DNA of 64,000 nucleotides from contig NC_092384.1 in the NCBI RefSeq assembly GCF_030028105.1, positions 3,949,665-4,013,664 on the forward strand. Reading direction: 5' to 3'. Source of the stretch: Mobula birostris (lineage: Eukaryota). Made by a program: the position numbers and the translations under genes. Below, one piece after another: positions 1 to 13,126 of the stretch. Below the pieces are notes generated by a model. That model saw only the letters and a program-made list of their open reading frames with translations. It did no database searches and was not told the DNA's origin. The first letter of the stretch is position 1; every line of letters begins with the position of its first letter.

Positions 1-59
1 GATTTATCTGCCTTCAATCCCTTCAATTTACCTAACACCACTTCCCTACTAACATGTAT

Positions 60-905
60 TTCGCTCAAAGGTTGTTGTGGTGGGAGATTTGAATTTCCCA
101 AATATCGAATGGCATCTCCCTAGAACGAAGGGTTTAGGTGGGGTGGAGTTTGGTAGGTGTGTTCAGGAAGGATTCTTGACATAATATGTAGCTGAGCCTG
201 CAAGAGGAGAGGCTGTACTTGATCTGGTATTGGGAAATAAACTTGGTCAGGTGTCAGGTCTGTCAGTGGGAGAGCATTTTGGAGATACTGATCACAATTC
301 TATCTCCTTCACCAAGGCATTGGACAGGGATAGCAACAGACAATTTAGGAAAGCGTTTAATTGGAGTGAGGGGAAATATGAGGCTATCAGGCAGAAACTT
401 GGAAGAATAAATTGGAAACAGAAGTTCTCGGGGAAATGTACGGAAGAAATGTGGCAAATGTTCAGGGGACTTTTGCGTGGAATTCCGCATAGGTACGTTC
501 CAATGAGACAGGGAAAATATGGTAGGGTACAGGAACCGTGGTATACGAAAGCTGTTGTAAATCTAGTCAAGAAGAAATGAAGAGCGTAGGAAAGGTTCAA
601 AAAACGAGGTAATGATAGAGATCTAGAAAATTATAAGGCTAGCAAGAAGAAGCAAGAAAGAAATTAGGAAAGCCAGAACGGACCATGAAAAGGCCTTGGC
701 GTACATGATTAAGCAATCTCCAAGGGATTCTACAAGTATGTGAACAGCAAAAGGGTAAGACGTGAGAGCATAGGACCAATCCACTGTGACAGTGGAAAAG
801 TGTGTATAGAACGGGAGGAGATCACAAAGGTACTTAATGAATACTTTGCTTCAGTATTCACTATGGAAAATGATCTTGGCGATTGTAGGAATTACTAAAA
901 TCAAG
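60..905 (+). mobile_element. CR1 LINE ORF2 fragment (endonuclease end/linker), degenerate
   Basis: GNKLGQVSGLSVGEHFGDTDHNSISF matches the intact CR1 ORF2 at 53000+ in this window; stops and frameshifts. Confidence 0.85.
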
Positions 906-2917
906 GCAAGAGGCCGAGGATGAAGGAGTAATGAATCTCGGAGAGAAGTCATTTTTTTTTTTTCACTGCTCGGGGTAAAGAGGCTAGACTGCGCAGGCGC
1001 GTGACGTAGACCGCCAATGGTTTTAAAAAATCACCACCATATACAGTGGGCAGTGGACTGAGATGGAGCAGAGTGGGACAGCTATGGCTCAACAGACTAC
1101 GGCATGAACAGGCACAGGCGAGGGTAGGTTCCGCTAAGTTTTGTTTTGTTTGTTTAGAGTAGAGAGACTGCGAGGCAAGGTGTTGAAATGCTCCTCTTGC
1201 AGGATGTGGGAAGTCAGGTGGTCTCCCTGACAACGACACTTGCAAGAAGTGCATCCAGCTGCAGCTCCTAACAAACCGCGTGAGGGAACTGGAGCAGGAG
1301 CTGGATGACCTGCGGATCATTCGGAAGGATGAGGTGTATATGGATAGTAGCTTCAGGGAGGTAGTTAGGCCAAAGGAGCAGCGCACATGTAATTGGGTTA
1401 CTGTCATGCGATGGAAGGGGAAAGGGCAGGCAGAGCAGGGTTCCCTTGTGGCCATTCCCCTCAACAACAAGTATACCGATTTGGATACTGTTGCAGGGGG
1501 AATGACATATCTGGGACAAGCTGCGGCAGTCGGATCTTCGGCACTGAGTCTGGTTCTGCAGTGCAGAAAAGAGGGTGGAAGAAGAGGAGAGCGGTAGTGA
1601 TAGGGGACTCGATAGTTAGAGGTACAAACAGGAGGTTCTGTGGTCATGACAGAGACTCCCGGATGGTTTGTTGTCTCACCGGTGCCAGGGTCAAGGATGT
1701 CTCTGATCGCGTGCACAGCATTCTGAAGTGGGAGGATGATCAGCCAGATTTCATGGCGCACATCGGTACCAATGGCGTAGGAAGAAAGAGTGAAGAGGTC
1801 CTAGAGACCGAGTATAGAGAGCTTGGTAGGAAGTTAAAAAGCAGGACGTCAAGGGTGGTAATCTCAGGATTGCTACTTGTGTCACGTGCCAGTGAGCGCA
1901 AGAATAGGATGCTCTGGCGGATGAGTGCGTGGCTGAGGAGCGGCTGTAGGGGGCAGGGTTTCTTATTCCAAGATTATTGGGAACTCTTCTGGGGCAGGTG
2001 GGACCTGCACAAGAGGGACGGGTTGCACCTGAACTACAAGGGGACCAATACCCTTGCAGGGAGGCTTGTTAGCCCTGTTGGGGAGGGTTTAAACTAGATT
2101 TCCAGGGGAAATCTGAGTGCCAGAACAGATAGCGGACCGCGGGTGAAAATAAATGATGTTAGAAGTTCATGCAAACTCACAAATAGAAGGGTTGTGTGTG
2201 TTGGTAATAATATGAGGTCTGTCTATTTCAATGCAAGGCGTATTGTGGGGAAGGCTGACGAACTGACGGCGTGGATTGACACACGGAATTACGACATTCT
2301 AGCCATTAGTGAAACTTGGCTGCAGGAGGGGCAGGACTGGCAGCTTAATATTCCAGGGTTGTCATAGCAAGGGATTTTAATTTTCCACATATTGATTGGG
2401 GCTCCCATACTGTTAAACGTCTAGACTGGTTAGAGTTGGTAAAAAGAGTTTGGGAAAGTTTTCTAAATCAATTTATAGAGGTACCAACTAGAGAGGAGGC
2501 AATATTAGATCTCCTATTAGGAAAGGAGCTAGGACAGCTGACGGACGGGTGTGCAGGGGAACACTTTGGTTCCAGTGATCATAACACCATTAGTTTCAAC
2601 TTGATCGTGGATAAAGATAGATCTGGTCCTCGGTTTGAGGTTCAAAACTGGAAAAAGACCAAATTTGCAGGATTGAGAAAGGATCTAAAAAGCGTGGATT
2701 GAGACAGGTTGTTCTCTGATAAGGATGTGATTGGTAAGTGGGAGGCCTTCAAAGGAGAAATTGAGAGTGCGGAGTTTGTATGTTCCTGTCAGGATTAAAG
2801 GCAAAGTGAATAAGAATAAGGAACCTTTGTTCTCAAGGGATATTGGAATTCTGATAAAGAAGAAGAGAGAGATGTATGACATGTATTGGAAACAGAGCGC
2901 AAATAAGGTGCTAAAGG

Positions 2918-3263
2918 TGTTACGTAACCGGCAACAATGAATATTAATCGAGACAGGTTTTGTAAAAACCAAACATTTATTAAACACGTATAAACGATAA
3001 GGAAAAATCAGCCGTTCATCAACGCCACTCAACTCTGGTTCTTAAAGCGTTAAATGTTAAAGTAGTTCTTAAAGCGATACAGTCAGATACAGTTGTTAAA
3101 GCGATAACTTCGAAAGTCCAACAATTTTACACATTCAATTGGGAGAGACTTCTCTGGAGAACGATTTCTTCACCGACGCATCTTTACTGCCGGTTCTGTC
3201 CACAGGATTCCCGATACCGAAAATAAACAGTTTAAATCGACTGCCCTTAAATTCGAGAGAGAG

Positions 3264-3298
<35 letters not shown>

Positions 3299-6200
3299 AC
3301 ACGAACCTTTTTGCATGAACTGATTGCGCTATTGCAACAGTTATCTCGATGCAGGTACTTCCCCAACGAAGTCTCAATAAGGTGGATTATTTATTAAACT
3401 GCCAAACGATGCCGACTTCTCTCGATCCTCCACTTCGATGAATTCATCACTCTCCCTTCAAAACAGTCGGAATTGAGTAAATTGGTACTCCCAGCCACAA
3501 ATTCCCAGTCCAAATGCAGTATCTTGTAAGAGAATGCACCTTCCGTTTTAAAAATGAAACTGCGTCACAAAAACAAACACGCAACAGAAACGGAGGCACA
3601 ACACGTTCCACCTGGAAATCTGCAAACTCAAAACCCTACTGCGTCACCTGAGTCGACCCTTATATAGTCACGGGGGGCACATGTCATCACGTGACCTCAC
3701 ATCGGCGGGAAAATCACATCGGGTGACCTCCAAAAGACCATTACATCATTTTCACAAAAAAAAACAGATATCCTTGAGCATGTAACACCTCCCTCCAAAA
3801 ATAAATTGGTCTCTTGAAGAACAAAAATTTAACAATATATACAGAAAAAATACAAAGATATAAAATTTACAAAATACACAATATATACAATCTTATCTTT
3901 CAGCTCTTTACAAACTAATGTACAATAGGAGTGTTACAAATGATAAAATATCTCTCAAAAAAAAAATTTTCATTGTACATTTAACGTGTAGACAAACAGT
4001 CAGCGATCACACCATCTTTACCCTTGATATGAGTGATCAAAATATTGTACTTCTGTAACATTAGACTCCAATTTAATGATCTTATATTTTTGTTTTTCAT
4101 CTTACTTAAAAACACTAATGGATTGTGATCGGTATAAACTGTGAGCGGTTTATGCGTAGAACCAACAAACACTTCAAAATGTTGCAAAGCTAAAACAAGA
4201 AATAACAATTCTTTTTCTATTGTTGAATAATTTTTTTGATGGGCATTAAATTTCTTAGAAAAATAAGCTACCGGACGATCAACTTCATCACCATCATCTT
4301 TTTGAAGCAACACTGCTCCTGCAGCTTTATCACTAGCATCTACAGCTAACGAAAATGGTTTTTCAAAGTCAGGAGATTTAAGTACAGGTTGACTACATAT
4401 TATAGCTTTCAATTTGTCAAATGCCACCTGACAAGACTCTGTCCAAACAAACTTCTCATTCTTCTTCAAGAAGTTAGTTAATGGAAGAGCAATATTTGCA
4501 AAATCCTTACAAAATTTTCTGTAATATCCTACCATACCGAAGAATATTCTGAGGGATTTTTTTCTACCAGTGGGAGTGGGTACTTCCAAAATTGCCTGAA
4601 CTTTTGCTTGAACAGATGCTAATATCCCCTGATCCACAATATAACCAAGGTAAATCACTGTGGCATGACCAAATTCACTTTTGGATAAGTTAATAAGTTA
4701 AGTTAGCTTTTGAAAGTCTCTCAAATAATTTCTCCACCGCCGCAATACGTGCTTTCCACGTATTATTCCCTGCAACCAGATCATCAATATAGGCATCTGT
4801 ATCTTTTAATCACTGAATCACGCCATTAATCATCCTCTGAAAACTACTTGGTGCATTCTTCATCCCAAATGGAAGAACATTATATTCATATAACCCAGAT
4901 GGGGTTGCAAATGCTGAAAGCTCTCTACCTCTATCCGTCAATGGAACACACCAATAACCTTTTAACAAATCAATTTTTGTAAGGAATTTGGCCTGTCCAA
5001 CTTTATCCACACAATCATCTACTCTAGGGATTGGATATGCATTGGCCTTTGTCACAGCATTCACCTTCCTATAATCCGTACAAAACCTAATACTATTGCC
5101 TGGCTTAGGCACCATATCACACAAAGAACTCCAATTCGAATTAGAATATCTAATAATATCATTTTCCAACATGTACTTAATTTCTTGTTCAGCAAGTTCA
5201 CATATTTCCCTGTTCATTCGATATGGATGTTGTTTTATGGGTTTTGCATCTCTCACATCTGTATCATGTGTAGCTACATTGGTTCTTCTAGGGACGCCTG
5301 GAAATAAATCTCTGTATTTAAAAATTAACTGTTTCATCTACTCTCTCCATTCCAGCTGTAAATGAGCTAATTTTTCATCAATGTTTTCCAGAATTTTTGA
5401 ATTTGGCAACCTGGCTGAAATAATGCTGGGTTTAAAATGAGTTTCAGATGAATCCTCTAGTAAGTTGTCATCAAGATCAGACTCATTATTAATTACAACA
5501 GTCATATTAGCAACTTCTCTTTCTTAATACAACTCACCAAATACAGGAATTGGTTGCAGTGGTGCCACTGGAGTAACCTGATTAGGTTTACCAACAATTT
5601 GACATATGTGACTTGTTCTACAAAACATTGCCACATCTTGTCTTAAGCTAGGCCAATAAAAATGTTTAGAAACTTTGTTCATAGTTTTCTTTACCCCTAA
5701 ATGACCACCCAAAGGAATACTATAAGTCATAGTCAAAATCTCATTTTGGTAAATTTTAGGAACACCAACTTGATGATTAACTTCCCATTCCTCACTAGCA
5801 AGAATTGTAGGCGATTTCCACTTTTTCATTAATACCCCCTTTTCAAAATAATATCCATCTGTTACTTTTCTAATTTCACTATCTGGAAGAGCTTGTTCTT
5901 TTGATTTAACTATCTCAGGATCCCTACCCTGCTCTGCTATCATCTCCTTCCAAGATAGAGACAAATCTTCCTGATCAGACTTACCACCAAAATCCTGATC
6001 AAATAAGGTAGGTAGGAAAGTTTCTGATTCATCCTCAAAATTCAAATCTTGATTTGAACTGTCATGGGTAACAACCACATCCTTTACATCAGTCTTTTTA
6101 GCCATAGTTTGTGTTACAACACAGGAAGAATCTGTGTTAGGATCCCTCTGTGGTTCCTCAGAATTTGAATTTATTGTCAAATACACTTCAGGAAAAACTT

Positions 6201-6962
6201 GTCCACCTGCTGAATCATTCCCTAATAAAAGAGAAACATCAGTCACAGGTAAACTGGATTGTAGTCCTACTTTAACAACCCCTGTAACTAATCCTGACCT
6301 TAAATTTACTCTATGTAAATGTACTGGCATAAGGGCACTCCCTACTCCTCTTATATAATTTACCTCACCAATGTCAGACTCAACACTAAACCTTAACACA
6401 CTATCTAATATTAGTGATTGGGGGGGAGAGGGGGGGAGAGGGGGGGGAGAGGGGGGGCAGAGAGAGAGAGCACTTTTTGCATGAAATCATTGCGCTATTG
6501 CAACAGTTATCTCGATGCAGGTACTTCCCCAACGAAGACTCAATAAGGTCGATTCTTTATTAAACTGCCAAACGACGCCTACTTCTCTCGATGCTTCACT
6601 TCGTTGAATTCTTCACTCTCCCTTCAAAACTGACGGAATTGAGTAAATTGGCACCTCCAGCCACAAATTCCCAGTCCAAATGCAATATCTTGTAAGAGAA
6701 CGCACCTTCCGTTTTAAAAATGAAACTGCGTCGCAAAAACAAACACGCAACAGAAACCGAGGCACCACACGTTATACCTAGAAATCTACAAACTCAAAAA
6801 CCTACTGCGTCCTCTGAGTCGACCCTTATATAGTCACGGGGGGGGGGGGCGGCACATGTCGTCATGTGACCTCACTTCGGCGGGAAAATCACATCAGGTG
6901 ACCTCCAAAAGACCATTACATCAATTTTCACAAAAAAAACAGATCTCCTTGAGCATGTAACA
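2918..6962 (-). mobile_element. Gmr1-like Ty3/Gypsy LTR retrotransposon (INT before RT-RH), internally deleted
   Basis: TG...CA termini, 4-bp TSD AAGG (2914-2917 / 6963-6966); LTR 2918-3787 and truncated LTR about 6471-6962; PPT 3788-3796 (GGAGGGAGG on minus). Integrase zinc-binding region GHLGVKKT...CRTSHICQ (5524-6399) precedes RT (4810-5337, YIDD just after) and RNase H (3981-4658). Confidence 0.9.
3255..3296. repeat. (GA)n microsatellite within the LTR
   Basis: Direct reading. Confidence 0.95.
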
Positions 6963-8138
6963 AAGGAGTATAAAAATTGCAAAAAAATACTTAAGGAAGA
7001 AATCAGGAAGGCTAAAAGAAGACATGAGGTTGCTTTGGCAGTCAAGGAGAAGGATAATCCAAAGAGCTTCTATAGGTATATTAACAGTAAAAGGATAGTA
7101 AGATATAAAATTGATCCTTTTGAAGATCAGTGTGGTTGGCTATGTATGGAACCAAATGAAATGGGGGAGATCTTAAATGTTTTTTTGCATCTATATTTAT
7201 AAAGAAACTGGCATGGGGTCAATGGAAATAAGGCAAACAAGTAGTGAGTTCATGGAACCTATACAGATTGAAGAGGAGGAGGTGCTTGCTATGTTTAGGC
7301 AAATCAGAGTAGGTAAATCCCCAGGACTTGACAGGGTATTCCCTCGGACCTTGAAGGAGACCAGTGTTGAAATTTTAGGGGCTCTTACAGATGTATTTAA
7401 AATGTCGTTATCTACGGGTGAGATGCCGGAGGATTGGAGGATAGCTCATGTTGTTCCGTTGTTTTAAAAAGGCTCTAAAAGTAATCCGGGAAATTAAAAG
7501 CCGGTAAATTTGATGTCGGTAGTAGGTAAATTATTGGAAGGGGAACTAAGAGATAGGATATACAAGTATTTCGATAGACAGGGACTTATTAGGGAGAGTC
7601 TACATGGTTTTGTGCATTGTAGGTCGTGTTTAACAAATCTGTTGGAGTTTTTTAAGGAGGTTACCAGGAAAGTAGGTGAAGGGAAGGCAGTACATGTTGT
7701 CTACATGGACTTCAGTAAGTACTTTGTCAAGGTCCCGCATGGGAGGTTAGTTAGGAAGTTTCAGTCGCTAGGTATACATAGTGAGGTAGTAAATTGGATT
7801 AGACATTGGCTCAATGGAAGAAGCCAGAGAGTGGTAGTGGAGGATTGCTCTCTGAGTAGAGGCCTGTGACTAGTGGTGTGCCACAGGGATCAGTGCTGGG
7901 TCCATTGTTATTTGTCATCTAGGTTTTCAGAGCTTGCAGCGGGATTTGGACCAGCCAGAAAAATGGGCTGAAAAAAATGGCAGATGGAGTTTAATACAGA
8001 CAAGTGTGAGGAATGCACTTTGGAAGGACAAACCAAGGTAAAACATACAGGGTAAATGGTTGAGCACTGAGGACTCCTTCCAAATTCCCTAAAAGTGGCG
8101 TCACAGATAGATAGGGTGGTAAATAGAGCTTTTGGTAC

Positions 8139-9269
8139 TGTCATGTACCCCCTGACGGCGATAAAGAAACCAGCAGAAATAGAAAACACTTTGGAGTCCA
8201 GTATTGCTATTAACTAATAATATTTATTAGTAACTACGCAATACAGTAACATAAATGTAGATAACATGTTAGCAATGATTTCATATATATATAATTAAGT
8301 CAGTAAATGTGGAAATATATATATATAGTATATGAAAAAACAAACTTCTTTAAGTCTAGGGGTAAAATATACAGTCTTACGATGATGAGTAAAGTTCAGT
8401 TCAGTTCGTGGTATTGAGTTGAGTAGTTATGGACAGAGAGAGAGAGAGAGATGTGAGTCTTCAGTTGAGCTGACGCCATCGATCTTCTGGTTATCCTCTG
8501 AAATCATTTAAATCCCACCGACTGTGACCACAACAAAGGGGACCGGTTTTCTGTGGTGGAGCTATCAACCCAGGCAAAGGTTGGGCACATGGACAACTCC
8601 CCACTGGTCACTGCCTTTTCTTTTCACTGCAATAGCCACTGATCCATCTGCCTGATCATTCCTTCAGAAACCCACTTTTTCTGCGGGCACAACAAAGCTC
8701 ATTCAGTGTCCAAAACATGTGTCTGGGCTCTATATTATCTGACCTATTTATCTCACCATACTGGGTACTAACTGTCAGTCAAATAACTCCTCCTTCCTGT
8801 GTCTGTGTAAGAAATGTACCAGCAGGCAAATGTCCTTTGAAGTATCAACACGCTGCCGAAAAACCATAACGTCGATTGTTCATCAAATAACGCCGCCCTC
8901 GATCACCATAGCAACTTAGGAGCTGCTTGGCTCCAGCTCAGTGCCCTAACATGACAGTCCAAAAGTTATTNNNNNNNNNNNNNNNNNNNNNNNNNNNNNN
9001 NNNNNNNNNNNNNNNNNNNNNNNNNNNNNNNNNNNNNNNNNNNNNNNNNNNNNNNNNNNNNNNNNNNNNNNNNNNNNNNNNNNNNNNNNNNNNNNNNNNN
9101 NNNNNNNNNNNNNNNNNNNNNNNNNNNNNNNNNNNNNNNNNNNNNNNNNNNNNNNNNNNNNNNNNNNNNNNNNNNNNNNNNNNNNNNNNNNNNNNNNNNN
9201 NNNNNNNNNNNNNNNNNNNNNNGGGGTAATCGAGCACAGTTCATAGGGGTAATTCAGAACCCCGTCACA
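8139..9269. mobile_element. LTR insertion (solo LTR or collapsed element) spanning the assembly gap
   Basis: Starts TGTCAT, ends GTCACA, flanked by 4-bp TSD GTAC (8135-8138 / 9270-9273); interrupts CR1 RT. Confidence 0.75.
8971..9222. other. Assembly gap (252 N)
   Basis: Run of N. Confidence 1.
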
Positions 9270-9906
9270 GTACATTGACCTTTATAAATCAAATTATTCA
9301 GTATAGGAGTTGAAATGTTATGGTGAGGTTGTATAAAACATTGGTGAGGCCGAACCTCGAGTATTCTGGGGAGTTTGGGTCACCAAATTACAGGAAGGAT
9401 ATTAATAAGGTTGAAAGAGTGCAGAGAAGGTTTACAAGGATGTTGCCGGGGCTTGAAAAACTGAGTTACAGAGAACGGTTGAATAGCTTAGGACTTTATT
9501 CCCTGGAGCTTTGAAGAATGAGGGGAGATTTGATAGAGGTATATAAAATTTTGATGGGTATAGATAGGGTGAATAAAAGCTGTTTTTTTCCACTGCAGTT
9601 AGGGGAGAAAAAAAACAAAGGACATGGGTTAAAGGTGAAGGGGAAATGTTTAATGGGGAATATTAGGGGTCTTCTTCACACAGAGAGTGGTGGGAGTGTG
9701 GGATGAGCTGCCAGATGAAGTGGGAAATGCGGGCTCACATTTAACATTTAAGAAAAATTTAGACAGGTACATGGATGAGAGGTGTAAGGAGGGATATGGT
9801 CCAGGAGCAGGTCAGTGACACTAGGCAGAAAAATGGTTCAGCACAGCCAAGAAGGGCTAAGAGGCCTGCTTCTCTGCTGTAATGTTCAATGGTTCTATGG
9901 TTCTAC

Positions 9907-11550
9907 TTACAGTGGACTGAAAAGCTTAAACATGTAGATATTAAGGAACAGGATGTGCTGGAGCTTTTGGCAAGCATCAAGTTGGATAAGTCATCGGGAC
10001 CGATCGGGATATACCCTGGTCTACTGTAGGAGGCGAGGTAGGAGATTTCTGAGCCTCTGGCGATAATCTTTGCATCATCAATGGGGACGGGAGAAGTTCC
10101 GGAGGATTGGAGGGTTGCGGATGTTGTTCCCTTTTTCAAGAAAGGGAGTAGAGATAGCCCAGGAAATTATAGACCAGTGAGTCCTACATCAGTGGTTGAT
10201 AAGTTGATGGAGAATATCCTGAAAGGCAGGACTTATGAACATTTGGAGAGGCATAACATGATTAGGTATAATTAGCATAGCTTTGTCATAGCCAGATCAT
10301 GCCTTACGAGCCTGATTGATCTTTTAAGGATGTGACTGAGCACATTGATGAATGTAGAGCAGTAGATGTAGTGTATATGGATTTCAGCAAGACATTTGAT
10401 AAGGTACCGCATGCAAGGCTTATTGAGAAAGTAAGGAGGTATGGGATCCAAGGAGACATTGATTTGTGGATCCAGAACTGGCTTGCCCACAGAAGGCAAA
10501 GAGTGGTTGTATACGGGTCATATTCTGCATGGAGGTCGGTAACCAGTGGTGTGCCTCAAGGATCTGTTCTGGGACTCTTACTCTTCGTGATTTTTATAAA
10601 TGACCTGGATGAGGAAGTGGAGGGTTGAATTAGCAAATTTGTCGGTGACCCAAAGGTTGGGAATGTTGAGGATTGTATGGAGGGCTGTCAGAGGTTACAG
10701 CAGGACATTGATAGGATGCAAAGCTGGGCTGAGAAAAGGCAGATGGAGTTCAACCCAAATAAGTCTGAGGTGGTTCATTCTGGTAGGTCAGATATGATGA
10801 CAGAATATAGTATTAATGGCAAGCCTTCTTGAAATGTGGAGGATCAGAGGGATCTTTTTGTCTGAGTCCATAGGATACTCAAATCTGTTGCGCATGTTGA
10901 CTCTATGGTTAATAAAGCATACGGTGCATTGGCCTTCATCAATCCTGGGTTTGAGTTTAAGAGCCGAGAGGTTATGTTGCAGCTATGAAGTACCCTGGTC
11001 AGACCCCTTGGAGTACTGTGCTCAATTCTGGTTGTCTCACTACAAGAAGGATGTGGAAGCTGTAGAAATGGTGCTGAGGAGATCTACAAGGATGTGTCCT
11101 GCATTGGGGAGCATGCCTGATGAGAGTAGGTTGAGTGAACTCTGTCTTTTCTCCTTGGGTGACGGAGGATGAGAGGTGACCTGATAGAAGTGTATTATAT
11201 GATGAGTGGCATTCTTCATGTGCATAGTCAGAGGCCTTTTCCTCTGGCTGAAATGGCTAGCACGAGAGGGCACAGCTTTAAATGCTTGGAAGTAGGAACA
11301 GGGAAGATGTCAGGGTTAAGTTTTTATTCACAGAGAGTGGTGAGTGCATGGAATGGGATGCTGGTGACGGTGGAGGAGGAGGAAATGATAGGGTCTTTTA
11401 AGAAACTCCTGGATATGTACATGGAGCTTAGAAAAATAAAGGGCTATGGATAACCCTAGGTAATCTCTGAGGTAAGGACATCTTCGGCTCAGGTTTGTGG
11501 GCCAAACGGCCTGTATGGTGCTGTGGGTTTTCTATGCTTCTATGTTTCTA
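9907..11550 (+). mobile_element. 5'-truncated CR1 LINE (RT and 3' UTR)
   Basis: [51 protein letters not shown]; ttctatg tail 11530-11550. Confidence 0.9.
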
Positions 11551-11559
11551 AATACTGTC

Positions 11560-12400
11560 TTACACCGTCTACTCATTCTGCTCTTTAAGACTAGGTTGGG
11601 GAGTTATAGCTAACCCCGAAATGATCACCCACCAAAAGATCTGACATCTGACCGGGTTAATTGCCTCGTACCAGTTCCAATATAGCGTATTCTCTAGTTG
11701 GCCTATGTATGTACTAGTTTCCTCAACACACGTAGACATTCTATCCCATATAATCCATTGCACTGTGCAGATGCCAGTCAATATGATGAAATTTGAACTA
11801 ACCCATGAATTTGAACTAACCCATGAACTAACCCTGTTAATTTTGCATCTTTCCAAAATCTACCTCTGATCTACACCTCAGTGCCTTTGTTGCTATTGAT
11901 GGTAGTGGCGATATCTTTTGCGTACTCCTAAAAAAAGTGATGGCACCTTTCCAGGTAAGGACTTTCACCCACTCCGATTCAGTTTACGAACACATTTTTA
12001 GATAAAATACCTAACTGGTTATGCATCTCCTCCATCTCTTTTACCACCCACTCAAACATCAAGACCCCGAAACATCCAGCAGAATCCCTGCCATTGTGAC
12101 AACCTTAACTCACTAATGGACACAATATTGTAGTTTCATGCTCGAGTTTCATCACTCTTGTACTGATACTTCTCGCGTTAAAACCGACTGCGTCGAACTA
12201 ACTGCAATTATGCCAATTAATTGCAATTAGTCTTCGTTAGTCTCTCCATATTACTTTGCTTTACATACACAGATTTCTGCACCTTGACTTGTTGTCTTTT
12301 GGAAAAAATCGAGACCATTCCATGAACTACTTCAAATTCAGTCCGTGGCCAAGTCCAAGAGGGTGGGACTGCGACTGAGGCAACCGGGCATCAAAGAGGT
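11560..12400 (-). mobile_element. Degenerate CR1 fragments (ORF2 N-terminus and ORF1)
   Basis: WYEAINPVRCQIFWW resembles alternative-frame translations of the other CR1 copies; heavily decayed. Confidence 0.55.
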
Positions 12401-12550
12401 AGCACTGGAGGAGATTAGCACTTGTGCTTGTCCAAAAGGCTGAAGACTATTGATCACTTTGAGGATGTGAGTGAGTGTAGTAGGATGGGCAAGCAATCGA
12501 ACCCTTACTGTGGATCATGGATCATATTAAGAGGAAACAGAGAAGAGAAA

Positions 12551-13126
12551 TTAGATTATGAGAATGATCAGTCCTCTTTTATTGTCATTTAGAAATGCAT
12601 ACATGCATTAAGAAATGATACAATGTTTCACCGGATGATATCACAGAAAACAGGACAAACCAAAGACTAACACTGACAGAACCACATAATTATAACGTAT
12701 AGTTACAGTAGTGCAAAGCAATACCATAATTTGATGAAGAACAGACCATGGGCACAGTAAAAAAAAAAGTCTCAAAGCCCTGAGTCGATCGACTCCCGAG
12801 TCCCTGATAGCAGGCAGCAGCAGGGAGAAACTCCCTGCTATAAACCTCCAGGCACCGTCAACTTGCCGATACCTTGGAAGCAGCCGACCACAGCCGACAC
12901 TGAGTCCATCCGTCCGAAAACTTCGAGCTTCATACCAGTATCTCCGATACAGCCTGCCGAGCGCCTTCGACCTCTCCCCGGCCGCTGAAACACGCAAAGC
13001 CAAGGATTTCGGGGCCTTCAGCTCTGGAGATTCCGGTTCCAATGTTCCTCCGTACTCTCACGTCTGTTCTGATTTCATCAATTCAGAATTGTGCACGGTC
13101 CCCTACTTGACGGATAACAGATATCT
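12551..13126 (-). mobile_element. Unclassified non-coding retroposon/LINE 3' UTR, copy 1
   Basis: Highly similar to 63219-63614 (opposite strand); shared 3' end ...ctcataatctaa, different 5' extents. Confidence 0.65.

Larger units (their letters stand above)
963..9906 (+). mobile_element. Near full-length CR1 LINE (ORF1 zinc-finger/coiled-coil + SGNH esterase, ORF2 EN-RT) with internal deletions and two nested LTR insertions
   Basis: ORF1 motifs CKKCIQLQLL...RELEQELDDL and VIGDSIVRG...HIGTN; ORF2 VYFNARRIVGK, LAISETWL, HGFVHCRSCLTNLLEFF; ttctatgg tail near 9895. CR1 sequence resumes across both TSD-flanked insertions. Confidence 0.88.

Noticed and set aside
8927-9275. ORFs of poly-X in the ORF track
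   Set aside because: Artefacts of the N gap.
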